Source of the DNA: Patescibacteria group bacterium
Lineage (GTDB): Bacteria > Patescibacteriota > Microgenomatia > UBA10105 > UBA927
DNA: 62,060 nt
Assembly (NCBI GenBank): GCA_041753515.1
Contig: JBGSUE010000056.1
Coordinates: 1 to 62,060 of the forward strand
Reading direction: 5' to 3'
Shown: one piece after another, positions 41,516 through 50,592 of the stretch
How positions within the stretch are numbered: the stretch's first letter is position 1
Layout: each line of letters begins with the position of its first letter
Made by a program: the position numbers and the translations under genes
Notes under the pieces: model-generated
The model's input: only the letters and a program-made list of their open reading frames with translations
What the model was told of the DNA's origin: nothing
The model's database searches: none

Positions 41516-42385
41516 GGTGTCAATGGACCAGAGGGGGGTCAGGTGGTGGGATTGTTTTGATTTAAAAATCCGGGTGTAGAGCCAGATGACGAAATAACTG
41601 AGGACAGAAAACGGATGACTGAATAATTCAGACAGTACCGCATGAAAAATAATTCCCAACGGTATGGAGTATTCCTGTTTCAGGTTTTTATGAAACAATG
41701 TCTCCATTTCATCGCGCGATGTCTGGTAGCGGCTCGAAGGACCGATCTGGTCGGCGAGTTTTTCCGGAGGCTTGATATACACCGCCTCGGTTTGCAGTTT
41801 CCTAAATATTCCACCAATCCGCTTGTGTTCAAAATACAGATACGCATCACCGTTGAGGACCGTATCAGGAATTGTCATGTGTTTTAAAAAATTTGTTTTG
41901 AATGCAAGACACCGGCCGCTCGCTGACAGGTAATTATCCCCATTTCTCCAGGCAGTGTTGATGCGGTCGATACTTCGGATCATAAAACCAAGTGCATTGC
42001 CGAATGGTGTTGTTGAGGCAAGCGGCAGGATCGGGATACCGAGCATTGTAAGACTATTGAATTTCTGAAATTCTTCGACGATTTTTTTGAGAAGTCCGGG
42101 AGAGAAAACCACATCGTCCTGGGTAAAAATAAAAATATCACTCAGTGAGCATCTGATGATCTGGTTGAGTTTTTTGAACTGGCTGCCTTCATGCTCATTC
42201 CAGATAATTTCCACATTCTGTTTTTCAAGAGCAGTGCGTATTGTGCGGGAAATAGGTGTGCGGTCCGCCGAAACGATGATACGGCAGGGATAGTGCTGCA
42301 ACCGTATCGAATCTACGGCAGAGACAAGTGACGTGCCGCTCCAGCAGGTGGGAATTCCCACGGTGATTGTCGGGGAGTGTTTCAT
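41498..42385 (-). CDS. GT2 glycosyltransferase
   Basis: ITVGIP, FTQDD (DxD-like), SGRCLAF, GDAYL. Confidence 0.8.
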   Translation of the reverse strand: MKHSPTITVGIPTCWSGTSLVSAVDSIRLQHYPCRIIVSADRTPISRTIRTALEKQNVEIIWNEHEGSQFKKLNQIIRCSLSDIFIFTQDDVVFSPGLLKKIVEEFQKFNSLTMLGIPILPLASTTPFGNALGFMIRSIDRINTAWRNGDNYLSASGRCLAFKTNFLKHMTIPDTVLNGDAYLYFEHKRIGGIFRKLQTEAVYIKPPEKLADQIGPSSRYQTSRDEMETLFHKNLKQEYSIPLGIIFHAVLSELFSHPFSVLSYFVIWLYTRIFKSKQSHHLTPLWSIDTSTKSS

Positions 42386-43539
42386 AGAGTCTTGTATGCC
42401 TGATAGACCGGTGATGACTGATCTACCGATATATCAGAGAGTGTAATAGCAGAGCCTTTTGTTATTGTTTTTTTGGTGGTTGCCAGAGATGAAAGGCTGA
42501 CAGGCAATATGTTGTTTTTCCGGATATTTTCTTCTTTTTCAATAAGTCCGTACACATCGAATCCGCCGATTCCGTCCAGCCGGTGACCGGCCGGAATGTC
42601 GCGTTTGGCAACCGCGATGGCATCACAATATTTTTTTTCCAAAGGCGCCATATCTGCGATACCCCGCACGGCGTTTCGTATCGAACGGACTGCCTCGATC
42701 GTACACAGGTGGTACGGCCGGTAAAAAAGATAGTACGGTCCCTCCCCCATCTTGTACATGGAGAGATATTCCTGAAGTATAGGTGTATCCGTATGCCCGA
42801 TGGCAAAAACACCGAACGCGGGCTGGGCTCCGAGAATATACTCTACGACACACGTATCGGGTGTGAGGTGTTTCCTATAGAGATGTACGGCCTCATAGAC
42901 CGTTTTGGCGGGTTTTCCAAGCATTCCCCGGGAAAGAATGGTAGAGGCGGTTGCATTGGCAACAGTGGTCATCTCAAGGGCCAGTTTCGTGCCGTCTGCC
43001 GCTTCAGTGGCTAAAATCGGACTCTGATTATGATCCTGGGCCCATTTTTTCTGGGTACCGGGAGTGCGTGAATGATCCAGGATAGACTTGATGTTGCCCA
43101 ACAGGACCGGTTTCAATCCAAGTCCTGTTATTTCACGGTACAAGTCCAGAAGTACTCCCGGCTGGTCGCCGTACGCTTGCGTGTAGACGGCGTCATACCG
43201 TGAAAAGTATGGCCCCATCAGTGCTTCCAGCTCCGCATTGATGCCAACGACAGGGATATTGCGTTCAAGAGCCGCTACTGTAATATCTAAACCGTATTCA
43301 ATTGATCCTGTTGCATCAACAATGACATCGGGATTTTTCTCCCAGACTTCATCCGGTTTGTCCGTGATGGGAATATGCCCGGCGTCAAACGAATCTAACA
43401 GTTTCTGTGCTTTTTCTTTCGTTCTGTTGCAGAGGGCAACAAGCTGTATGTCAGATGTAGCCAGGATCTGACAGATCAATCCGCGGGCGGCATATCCGGC
43501 TCCAAAAACTGCAACACTGATTGGAGGTGTTTGTTTCAT
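42382..43539 (-). CDS. NAD(P)-dependent oxidoreductase, homoserine-dehydrogenase-like with C-terminal SAF domain (StrU-like)
   Basis: GAGYAARG, DATG, NAE, GDQPG, DGTK, RPYHL, AKRD..AG..LDGIGG. Confidence 0.8.
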   Translation of the reverse strand: MKQTPPISVAVFGAGYAARGLICQILATSDIQLVALCNRTKEKAQKLLDSFDAGHIPITDKPDEVWEKNPDVIVDATGSIEYGLDITVAALERNIPVVGINAELEALMGPYFSRYDAVYTQAYGDQPGVLLDLYREITGLGLKPVLLGNIKSILDHSRTPGTQKKWAQDHNQSPILATEAADGTKLALEMTTVANATASTILSRGMLGKPAKTVYEAVHLYRKHLTPDTCVVEYILGAQPAFGVFAIGHTDTPILQEYLSMYKMGEGPYYLFYRPYHLCTIEAVRSIRNAVRGIADMAPLEKKYCDAIAVAKRDIPAGHRLDGIGGFDVYGLIEKEENIRKNNILPVSLSSLATTKKTITKGSAITLSDISVDQSSPVYQAYKTL

Positions 43540-44768
43540 GGTTGTATGATTTTCGGATGTGGGACAGGGACAATGAACGATGCGCCCCACTGTGAAGTAT
43601 ACGACAGATCCCCCATTATTTCTTTTTTGATATTCCAGGGCAAAATAAGAATATACTCAGGTTTCCGTTTTTTGATTTCATCGGGAGGAAAGACCGGTAT
43701 GCGGGAACCCGGCAGGATCATGCCCTGTTTTGCCGGATTTTTGTCCACTGTGAATGCAATGTCTTTTGCAGTCAGACCATAATAATTCAGAAGTGTATTG
43801 CCTTTGGCAGGCGCTCCGTATGCAGCGACGGGATGCCCTTTCAGTGTTCCCAAGAGTTTCATGAATTCTTGTTTATTGTTGCGTATTTTACCGTCAAACG
43901 TCGTATACGCTTTTATGTCCATAAGCCCAGCTTTTCGTTCTTTTTCGAGAATTTTATGCATGCGATCTGTAGGGGCATCAGACATATTTTTTGCATAAAT
44001 CCGAAGGGATCCGCCATGGGTAGGCAGTTCTTCGGCATCATATACATGAAGTTCATGCGAGATTAGGATGCGAGAGACGGTGTGGAGGCTGTGATAATAA
44101 AAATGTTCGTGGTATATCGTATCGAATGCCGTGTTTTCCATAAGCTTCAGGACGTGGGCGAATTCCATTGTTAGTACGCCGCCTGGCGCAAGAAGATTTT
44201 TCAGCCCCTTCGTAAAATCGTTGATATCCGGAACATGGGCAAACACGTTGTTTGCAATCAGAAGATCGGCATACCCGTAGCGCTTTCCGATAACCACGGA
44301 CGATTGTTCCGTCAGAAAGCATACTTCTGTGGGAATGCCCGCGGAGATTGCGGCACGGGCAGTATTGGCAGTCGGTTCGATACCGAGAACCGGAATTTTT
44401 TTGGGGAGAAAATTTTTCAGAAGATATCCGTCGTTGGACGCCACTTCGATTACCATGCTGTTTTTATTCAGATTAAATTGCGTTATTGCGTTTTCTGCAT
44501 ACATTCTGGAATGGTCAAGCCAGCTTGATGAAAAGGACGAAAAATACGGATACCGGTCAGTGAAAATATCCTCCGATGAAAATGACGATGGTGTTTGGAC
44601 AAGAAGACAGTGTGAGCAGACGAATACATGCAGTGGATACAGCGGTTCATGGTCGTTTACCCGATCCGGCGCAATGAGATTGTTGGCAACGGGCTGGTTT
44701 CCAAGATCGGCAAACGTATCTCTTAGAGGTTGAGAACAAAACCGGCAGAGTGGTGAGGGATCAGACAT
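43536..44768 (-). CDS. NDP-sugar C-methyltransferase (Zn-binding, NovU/EryBIII-like)
   Basis: CRFC...DLG.QP.AN...CSHC.LVQ, EVASNDG, NNVFAH, IYHEH, HGGSLR, YGAPAKG, LPWN. Confidence 0.87.
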   Translation of the reverse strand: MSDPSPLCRFCSQPLRDTFADLGNQPVANNLIAPDRVNDHEPLYPLHVFVCSHCLLVQTPSSFSSEDIFTDRYPYFSSFSSSWLDHSRMYAENAITQFNLNKNSMVIEVASNDGYLLKNFLPKKIPVLGIEPTANTARAAISAGIPTEVCFLTEQSSVVIGKRYGYADLLIANNVFAHVPDINDFTKGLKNLLAPGGVLTMEFAHVLKLMENTAFDTIYHEHFYYHSLHTVSRILISHELHVYDAEELPTHGGSLRIYAKNMSDAPTDRMHKILEKERKAGLMDIKAYTTFDGKIRNNKQEFMKLLGTLKGHPVAAYGAPAKGNTLLNYYGLTAKDIAFTVDKNPAKQGMILPGSRIPVFPPDEIKKRKPEYILILPWNIKKEIMGDLSYTSQWGASFIVPVPHPKIIQP

Positions 44769-45780
44769 AGAAGAGTTCTGCGTTTACAGTACGGTTGTAT
44801 TTCAGTTTGTTGAGCATCTTAAGCCTCGTATAGAGTTCGGATTCAAATACATCCCGCGTCAGGCTGATTTTTTTGAAAAGTGCAAGAAGTTCGATTGCCC
44901 CCGAATCCACGGTATTTTCCGCTTCATACCCGGGAAGCATCCGTTTGATTTTTTCAAAAGAAATTCTGTAATTGCGTGAGTCTTTTGAGCTGGTGTCACG
45001 GGTAATATCTTTCACCGAAAAGATCCGTGAAATAATATCGGCTACGTCACGGATGCGGTAATTTGATTTTGTACTGCCGACGTTGAAGATCTGGCCCGAC
45101 ACGATATGTTTGTCGGCTGTCAGACCTGCCAGAAATGCACGGCAAACATCGGCAATATGGACAAACGGCCGCCAAGCTTCTCCGTCCGATGTTAGTTGTA
45201 CCACACGGTTTGTATAGGCAACACCCGCAAGGTTGTTGACTGCAAGGTCAAAACGCATTCTGGGGGACGGGCCGTAGACTGTCGCATTGCGCAATACGAC
45301 AGGTATAAAATCCCGGTTTTTTTGGGAAATAAGATATGCTTCGTTTTTGACTTTTGCCCGTGCATACGCGGTAAGCGGATTGACGGGTGATGATTCATCG
45401 GATAATCCGTCCGAGGCACCGTAGACACTGCAGGATGATGAGTAGAGAAACCGTTCAACGCCAGCCTGCAGTGCCAGATCGATGAGATGTTTTGTTCCTT
45501 CATGATTGATATTCATGGTAATTGCCGGATCAAGCTCCCCCATCGGATCGTTTGACAGTTCGGCCAGGTGGATGATCGCATCGAACTGCGCAACATCGTC
45601 CGGTTCAATAAGGCGGATATCTTTCCGGATGGTTCTGTATTGCCTCATAGGTTCCCCGGTGAGGTTGCCTTCGGCAAAAAACCCGGTATCCAGGCCGGAG
45701 ACAGTATGCCCTTCATCCAAAAGCATCCGCACAAGAACAGTACCGATATAGCCATGGGATCCTGTAACAAGAATATTCAT
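44761..45780 (-). CDS. NAD-dependent epimerase/dehydratase (extended SDR, StrP-like)
   Basis: GSHGYIG, HLAELSNDP, SSCSVYG, YARAK, RNATVYG.SPRMRFDL, WRPFVH. Confidence 0.85.
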   Translation of the reverse strand: MNILVTGSHGYIGTVLVRMLLDEGHTVSGLDTGFFAEGNLTGEPMRQYRTIRKDIRLIEPDDVAQFDAIIHLAELSNDPMGELDPAITMNINHEGTKHLIDLALQAGVERFLYSSSCSVYGASDGLSDESSPVNPLTAYARAKVKNEAYLISQKNRDFIPVVLRNATVYGPSPRMRFDLAVNNLAGVAYTNRVVQLTSDGEAWRPFVHIADVCRAFLAGLTADKHIVSGQIFNVGSTKSNYRIRDVADIISRIFSVKDITRDTSSKDSRNYRISFEKIKRMLPGYEAENTVDSGAIELLALFKKISLTRDVFESELYTRLKMLNKLKYNRTVNAELFYV

Positions 45781-45789
45781 ACAGTAGAA

Positions 45790-46566
45790 TTATGACCAGA
45801 CTTTCCAGGGAGGTTTGGAACTTTTCCAATAATTTTCAAGTACATGCTTATCGCGCAGCGTGTCCAGGCACTGCCAGAATCCGGAATGTCTGAAAGCTAC
45901 AAGTTCACGGTCGCGCGCTAATCGCTGCATCGGAACATTTTCAAATACTGTACTGTCGCCGTCGATATATGAAAAAATTCTTTTATCCAAAACCATGAAT
46001 CCACCGTTAATAAATCCCGACTCGTCTTCCGGTTTTTCCCTGAATCGTATCACCTCGTCAGTCGGTGTATCGATTGTGAGAATACCGAATCTGCCGGGAG
46101 GCTGGACTGCGGCGACTGTGGCGGTTTTTCCGTGTTTTTTGTGGAATGAAACGAGATGTTCAATGTTAATATCGCTCACGCCGTCCCCGTATGTCAGGCA
46201 GAAATTATCAGAATCTATATAATTCTCCACCCGTTTCAGTCTTCCTCCGGTCATTGAATCAGCTCCGGTGTCAACCAGGGTAATTTTCCAGTCCGGACTG
46301 CCGTTTTTAAGTATTTTTGATGAGTGCTCTTTGAGATCAATACGCAGGTCGGAATTATAATAGGAAAAATTGAGGAAATAGTCGATAATGATTTCTTTCT
46401 TATATCCGAGGGCTATAATGAAATCGTTCAGGCCATAATGGGAATACATCTGCATGATGTGCCACAGGATCGGTTTACCGCCGATTTCGACCATGGGTTT
46501 AGGCCGTACAGTGCTTTCTTCACTTATTCTTGTTCCGTACCCTCCGGCTAAAATGATTGTTTTCAT
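45790..46566 (-). CDS. rfbF: Glucose-1-phosphate cytidylyltransferase
   Basis: LAGGYGTRISEE...PKPMVEIG, MTGGRL, TYGDG, GFWQCLDT.RDK, PPWKVW. Confidence 0.92.
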   Translation of the reverse strand: MKTIILAGGYGTRISEESTVRPKPMVEIGGKPILWHIMQMYSHYGLNDFIIALGYKKEIIIDYFLNFSYYNSDLRIDLKEHSSKILKNGSPDWKITLVDTGADSMTGGRLKRVENYIDSDNFCLTYGDGVSDINIEHLVSFHKKHGKTATVAAVQPPGRFGILTIDTPTDEVIRFREKPEDESGFINGGFMVLDKRIFSYIDGDSTVFENVPMQRLARDRELVAFRHSGFWQCLDTLRDKHVLENYWKSSKPPWKVWS

Positions 46567-46610
46567 GGCTTATAGTATATATTATTTTACCGTATTGATC
46601 AATGGTGAAT

Positions 46611-47183
46611 TTAACTTCGTTTTACGGCAGGTTTGAATGAAAAGGGTCTGATGGCAGTAAGCCCGGCAGGATCGTTTTTGGCATGATAGACTATTTTATC
46701 GATATAATTTGCCAGATCTTCATAATAGGCGATGTTGTCTACCGTTATGGATTCGGCTTCCGCGGCCTGGGACTCTATTGTCATGGATCCGATTCCCGAT
46801 AACCGGTATATGAGATTCGTGGAATACCCTTTTGCCTTGAGGGTTTCGCTCCAGAAAAGAGCCCGTTTGGCAGTATAGACCGGTGAGAGCATTTCGAATC
46901 TGATGATCCTGCGGTCGGTAATGAACGTTTTTGTGCCGGACAATTTGGCATACAGATCCCAGGAGAGGAATATGAGGGCAAGAACTGATAGTATGAGAGA
47001 TAAGAAAGTTAGTGCAGATTTTGTTTGGGGGAATTGACTGCCTACTGATACAAGAATACCGACAAAAAATATGACGAGAACAAGGTAGATAAGTATACGC
47101 ATCACAATCGGAAACGGGTGAGGATAGACCTCTGCGAGAATTTTTTCCCCTTCCTGAATTCCTTGAAAGTGTCTGTTTTCCAT
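46611..47183 (-). CDS. Membrane protein with bacterial PH-like domain
   Basis: EGEKIL...H, two TM, ITDRRII, GIGSMTIES. Confidence 0.55.
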   Translation of the reverse strand: MENRHFQGIQEGEKILAEVYPHPFPIVMRILIYLVLVIFFVGILVSVGSQFPQTKSALTFLSLILSVLALIFLSWDLYAKLSGTKTFITDRRIIRFEMLSPVYTAKRALFWSETLKAKGYSTNLIYRLSGIGSMTIESQAAEAESITVDNIAYYEDLANYIDKIVYHAKNDPAGLTAIRPFSFKPAVKRS

Positions 47184-47190
47184 ATCCGTA

Positions 47191-47697
47191 TTATACCGTA
47201 TATGCGTAGACATGGGCGTATTCATCTTTTCCTGTGAGAGTGAGATGATGGAAGATAAAGCTGTTTGTTATGATTCTCGTGCCCTTGGACAGCTTGTGAA
47301 GTTTATGTTCAAGCGTGTCCATTTTCCACGGTATTAAATAAATGAAAACGATGTCTGCATCCTGAAAATCGCACCTTCGGAAATCCTTCCATTTGACACT
47401 GACCGTTGTACGATAGGGTGAAAAAAATGCCCGGATGTACGTATATACGACAAGGTACGGATTTATTTCCAGTCCCGTACATACGGCGCCCAGCCGTGCA
47501 CACTCAAATAGCACTCTCCCATCACCGCTTCCGAGGTCATAGACCCGGTCACCTTTACGGATTTTGGCTAAACGGATCATAGCCTCAAGAGCTTTATTGC
47601 CGGATGGTACGTACGGTGCGCCGGTGACAAATGCCAATGTCAGAAAGACAATCGCTCCGGCAAATAAGAGATGAATACTGAGTATAATGTATTGCAT
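47191..47697 (-). CDS. Membrane-anchored class I SAM methyltransferase (FAM173-like)
   Basis: N-terminal TM, GAPYVPS, DLGSGDGR, GLEINP, ADIVFIYL. Confidence 0.78.
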   Translation of the reverse strand: MQYIILSIHLLFAGAIVFLTLAFVTGAPYVPSGNKALEAMIRLAKIRKGDRVYDLGSGDGRVLFECARLGAVCTGLEINPYLVVYTYIRAFFSPYRTTVSVKWKDFRRCDFQDADIVFIYLIPWKMDTLEHKLHKLSKGTRIITNSFIFHHLTLTGKDEYAHVYAYTV

Positions 47698-47699
47698 AT

Positions 47700-48950
47700 T
47701 TAGGAATTGATAAAAGAATAGAAAAACGCATGAATCATATGGATGATACGCGCCAGTATCGAGGAATACGCCGGTGTAAGTTGAATGTCCGGATGAAGAA
47801 TCAGTGTTTCAATATCAGTTTGAACATATTCAAATCCCTCACCTTCTATTTCGACAGTTGAATCGGATGGCAGATACGCTAATGTGAATGATCCGTCGGA
47901 ATCAGTCGTCACGGTTTTATGATTTGTATGAATTCGGATATTTTCCAAAGGCACTCCCAGATCCGACGTTACGTTTCCTCGTACAGCCTGTGCAGTAAAC
48001 ATGCTCCGTACGGATTCAACTGCAGGTTTTGCTGTGCCGTCTTCATGATACAGTGCCGTTGATCCGCCCGACAATAGCCAATAATTGACTCCGGCAAGCT
48101 CATGTACTTCGCGCAGATACTGTGATGCATCGCTCACCCAGATGTTTTGCTGCTGTTCCGTCATATTCCCGTGAATATCCGGAATGGGAGCACCAAACTC
48201 TCCCAGCATGACAATGCCGCCGGAGGCCGCAGCAATGTCTTGAATGTCCCGGGCAAGGACTTTCGGATCCCTGACATAATGGTCGATGGTAACGATGCCA
48301 CCTAATGCTTTGGTCGTTTCTTTATCCATGATAAGGCGGGCAACGTCGGCATTCATGGAAAAATACTTGCACGATACATCTTTTTTTATTTTTTTAAATG
48401 CATCCGTGCACACTGAATATTCTCTGATGAGAAATTTTCTGTATTCATCAACATTTCCGCTGTGTCGTGGATCGCCTTTTCTGCCGTTTTCACACTCCGG
48501 ACATGGTGAAAAAATGTCACCGTCTTTAAAGAGATATGCATGATTTCTGATAAACTGATCCAGTAGTGCTAGATGCTGTTCTTCGGTGATCGACGGATAC
48601 TCAAACCACCCTTCCCATCCGGAAAAATTACCGCGGAACCAGATAGATAGCCCGTATCTTCTTCCCGCGTCTGTCCAGCGCTGTATCATCGGTATGAATT
48701 CTCCGTCGTACGGAGTGGCGACAACCATATGCGTGGCATTCAGTTTCGCGATATCAGATGCATGTTGGTCGATCACTGCATCAAATGATGCATCCTTCTC
48801 TTTTTCACGCGCAAGATCCCGGGAATATTTCATGGTGTCAACTGACTGAATATCCCACCACGGTGAAACATCCGTGGCACCCCGTACTGTTTCCGGCGGG
48901 ATTATTATAATTATTATAATAATTAAGGTTTTTATAATTTTTATTATCAT
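47700..48950 (-). CDS. Secreted/anchored glycoside-hydrolase-like TIM barrel plus carboxypeptidase-regulatory-like domain
   Basis: Signal peptide, PECENG, IDHY, LGEFG (clan GH-A-like), NYW, TDSDGSF, C-terminal hydrophobic tail. Confidence 0.55.
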   Translation of the reverse strand: MIIKIIKTLIIIIIIIIPPETVRGATDVSPWWDIQSVDTMKYSRDLAREKEKDASFDAVIDQHASDIAKLNATHMVVATPYDGEFIPMIQRWTDAGRRYGLSIWFRGNFSGWEGWFEYPSITEEQHLALLDQFIRNHAYLFKDGDIFSPCPECENGRKGDPRHSGNVDEYRKFLIREYSVCTDAFKKIKKDVSCKYFSMNADVARLIMDKETTKALGGIVTIDHYVRDPKVLARDIQDIAAASGGIVMLGEFGAPIPDIHGNMTEQQQNIWVSDASQYLREVHELAGVNYWLLSGGSTALYHEDGTAKPAVESVRSMFTAQAVRGNVTSDLGVPLENIRIHTNHKTVTTDSDGSFTLAYLPSDSTVEIEGEGFEYVQTDIETLILHPDIQLTPAYSSILARIIHMIHAFFYSFINS

Positions 48951-48960
48951 ACATTTATCA

Positions 48961-50592
48961 TCATTTCTGCTTCCCATAAACCGGTTCGGTGTTTACATAC
49001 GGAAGGTATTCTGATTTCAGTTCATAGACATCGGCGAACGGATACTCTGCAACCCGCGTGTAGGCCGCGAATCCTGTGGATTCAGATACGGCTTTCCATG
49101 TGAGGTCATTGTCGTCATATGTACGCATGACGATCCACCGCGCCCACCGGTCGGGGCTTGTAGTTGCCGATTCCCAATATTTGCCGGTTCCTTCGTGGAT
49201 AAACCGGATCATGGGAAGGCCTGATGAAAAAATGATGGCATCGTGGGAAGCGGCGGATATGAGAATGAACCCTTTTGTGTGGGAGGCATGTTCATGCAAG
49301 TATCCCGATACTTCAGATACGTTTTTCTGGCTTGACCCTACACGAGCGTCATCTATGGTGACAGCGTCCTGGTTGACGAATGCAAAGAATAAGACAAGGG
49401 CAAGCGTGCCAATGATGACCCAACGTACATGGACAAGACGATCTACAAGATATCCGCAGAAAAATGCAACAGCGGGTGCAAGCATGATGCCATAGCGGAC
49501 ATTAAACCATGTGCCTCCGAAATATCCCTGGACAAACAGGACTGAAAAGCCAAGATACAAAGCTAGAATATTGAAAATGAGAGGCGCCAGAAGCGATGTG
49601 GCGGCAAGTTTGATGCTTAGTGTAAATCGTTTGTCGCTCATCAGAAGAATAAATCCGAGTCCGGCTAAAATGACCGGATAGGTATAATGGTTGTATAAAA
49701 GTGCTATCAGAAATACTTTGGATGACAGAAGCCAATTATGCTTGGTATCCAGTGCTCCTGCCGCCTCCATTTGCGATTGCTGGGAATGGGCGCTGAAAGG
49801 ACCTAAGGCAAAATACAACGGATCCTTGAAAATCAGAAGATTCCACATGATCCACAGGAAAACTCCGAATGCGGCAAGGGTAACAAACAGGATTGTCATG
49901 CCTTCGGCTTTGCGGTAGCCGTGTTTGCGGACAACCTCAAGAAATACAAGACATGCAGCATACCCAAGGAGAAACCATCCGTCATAGCGGACAAGTGTTG
50001 ATGTCATGATCCAGAAGGCACTTCTCACCAACCGGAGGATCGTATGGTCTTTATGCCATAAGATAAGTTCGTAGACACCCAGCATCATTGTTGACAATAG
50101 GAGAAGTTCCGTCATGGCGGTTGACTGCAGGTAGAGAATGTTTATATTTGCCGCAAAAACAACAATACCCAATAGCCTGCCTAACAGCCTCACCCCGAGA
50201 CGTTGAAGGAGTCTATGAATAAGCATGGCGGTGACCACAAACGATACCATGGATTGGATCGCGCCTGAAAATCCGCTGTGCCACATCCAGTCATTCCAGA
50301 TTGCGGGAATCATCAGGATATGGTTTAACGGCAGCCAGACACTCCCAAGTTGTGCCAGTCCCGGTTTTAACCCTTCCACAACCCGTCTGCCGATGTCAAG
50401 GTGGCTCCTGGCATCGTTGTATGCAAGCCCTAAGCCATTTGATAAGTACAGGATAAAGAAACAGACTGAGACAATACTCAGGACGATAGCCAGTGCACAA
50501 GGTTCATGTTTTCGTACAAACTGCTGGACCGGTATTTTATACCTTTTGATTCTGGATGGTATCGGTAATCTGATATCCGTTCGTATGTTCAT
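48961..50592 (-). CDS. GT-C membrane glycosyltransferase (ArnT/PMT-like)
   Basis: YNDARSH, VWLPL.H, MTE, RYDGW, NVRYG; many TM segments. Confidence 0.75.
   Translation of the reverse strand: MNIRTDIRLPIPSRIKRYKIPVQQFVRKHEPCALAIVLSIVSVCFFILYLSNGLGLAYNDARSHLDIGRRVVEGLKPGLAQLGSVWLPLNHILMIPAIWNDWMWHSGFSGAIQSMVSFVVTAMLIHRLLQRLGVRLLGRLLGIVVFAANINILYLQSTAMTELLLLSTMMLGVYELILWHKDHTILRLVRSAFWIMTSTLVRYDGWFLLGYAACLVFLEVVRKHGYRKAEGMTILFVTLAAFGVFLWIMWNLLIFKDPLYFALGPFSAHSQQSQMEAAGALDTKHNWLLSSKVFLIALLYNHYTYPVILAGLGFILLMSDKRFTLSIKLAATSLLAPLIFNILALYLGFSVLFVQGYFGGTWFNVRYGIMLAPAVAFFCGYLVDRLVHVRWVIIGTLALVLFFAFVNQDAVTIDDARVGSSQKNVSEVSGYLHEHASHTKGFILISAASHDAIIFSSGLPMIRFIHEGTGKYWESATTSPDRWARWIVMRTYDDNDLTWKAVSESTGFAAYTRVAEYPFADVYELKSEYLPYVNTEPVYGKQK

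Noticed and set aside
48895-48950. ATT/ATA low-complexity run (poly-Ile) as a contingency locus
   Set aside because: It is best explained as an AT-rich signal-peptide hydrophobic core; it is not a clean unit repeat.
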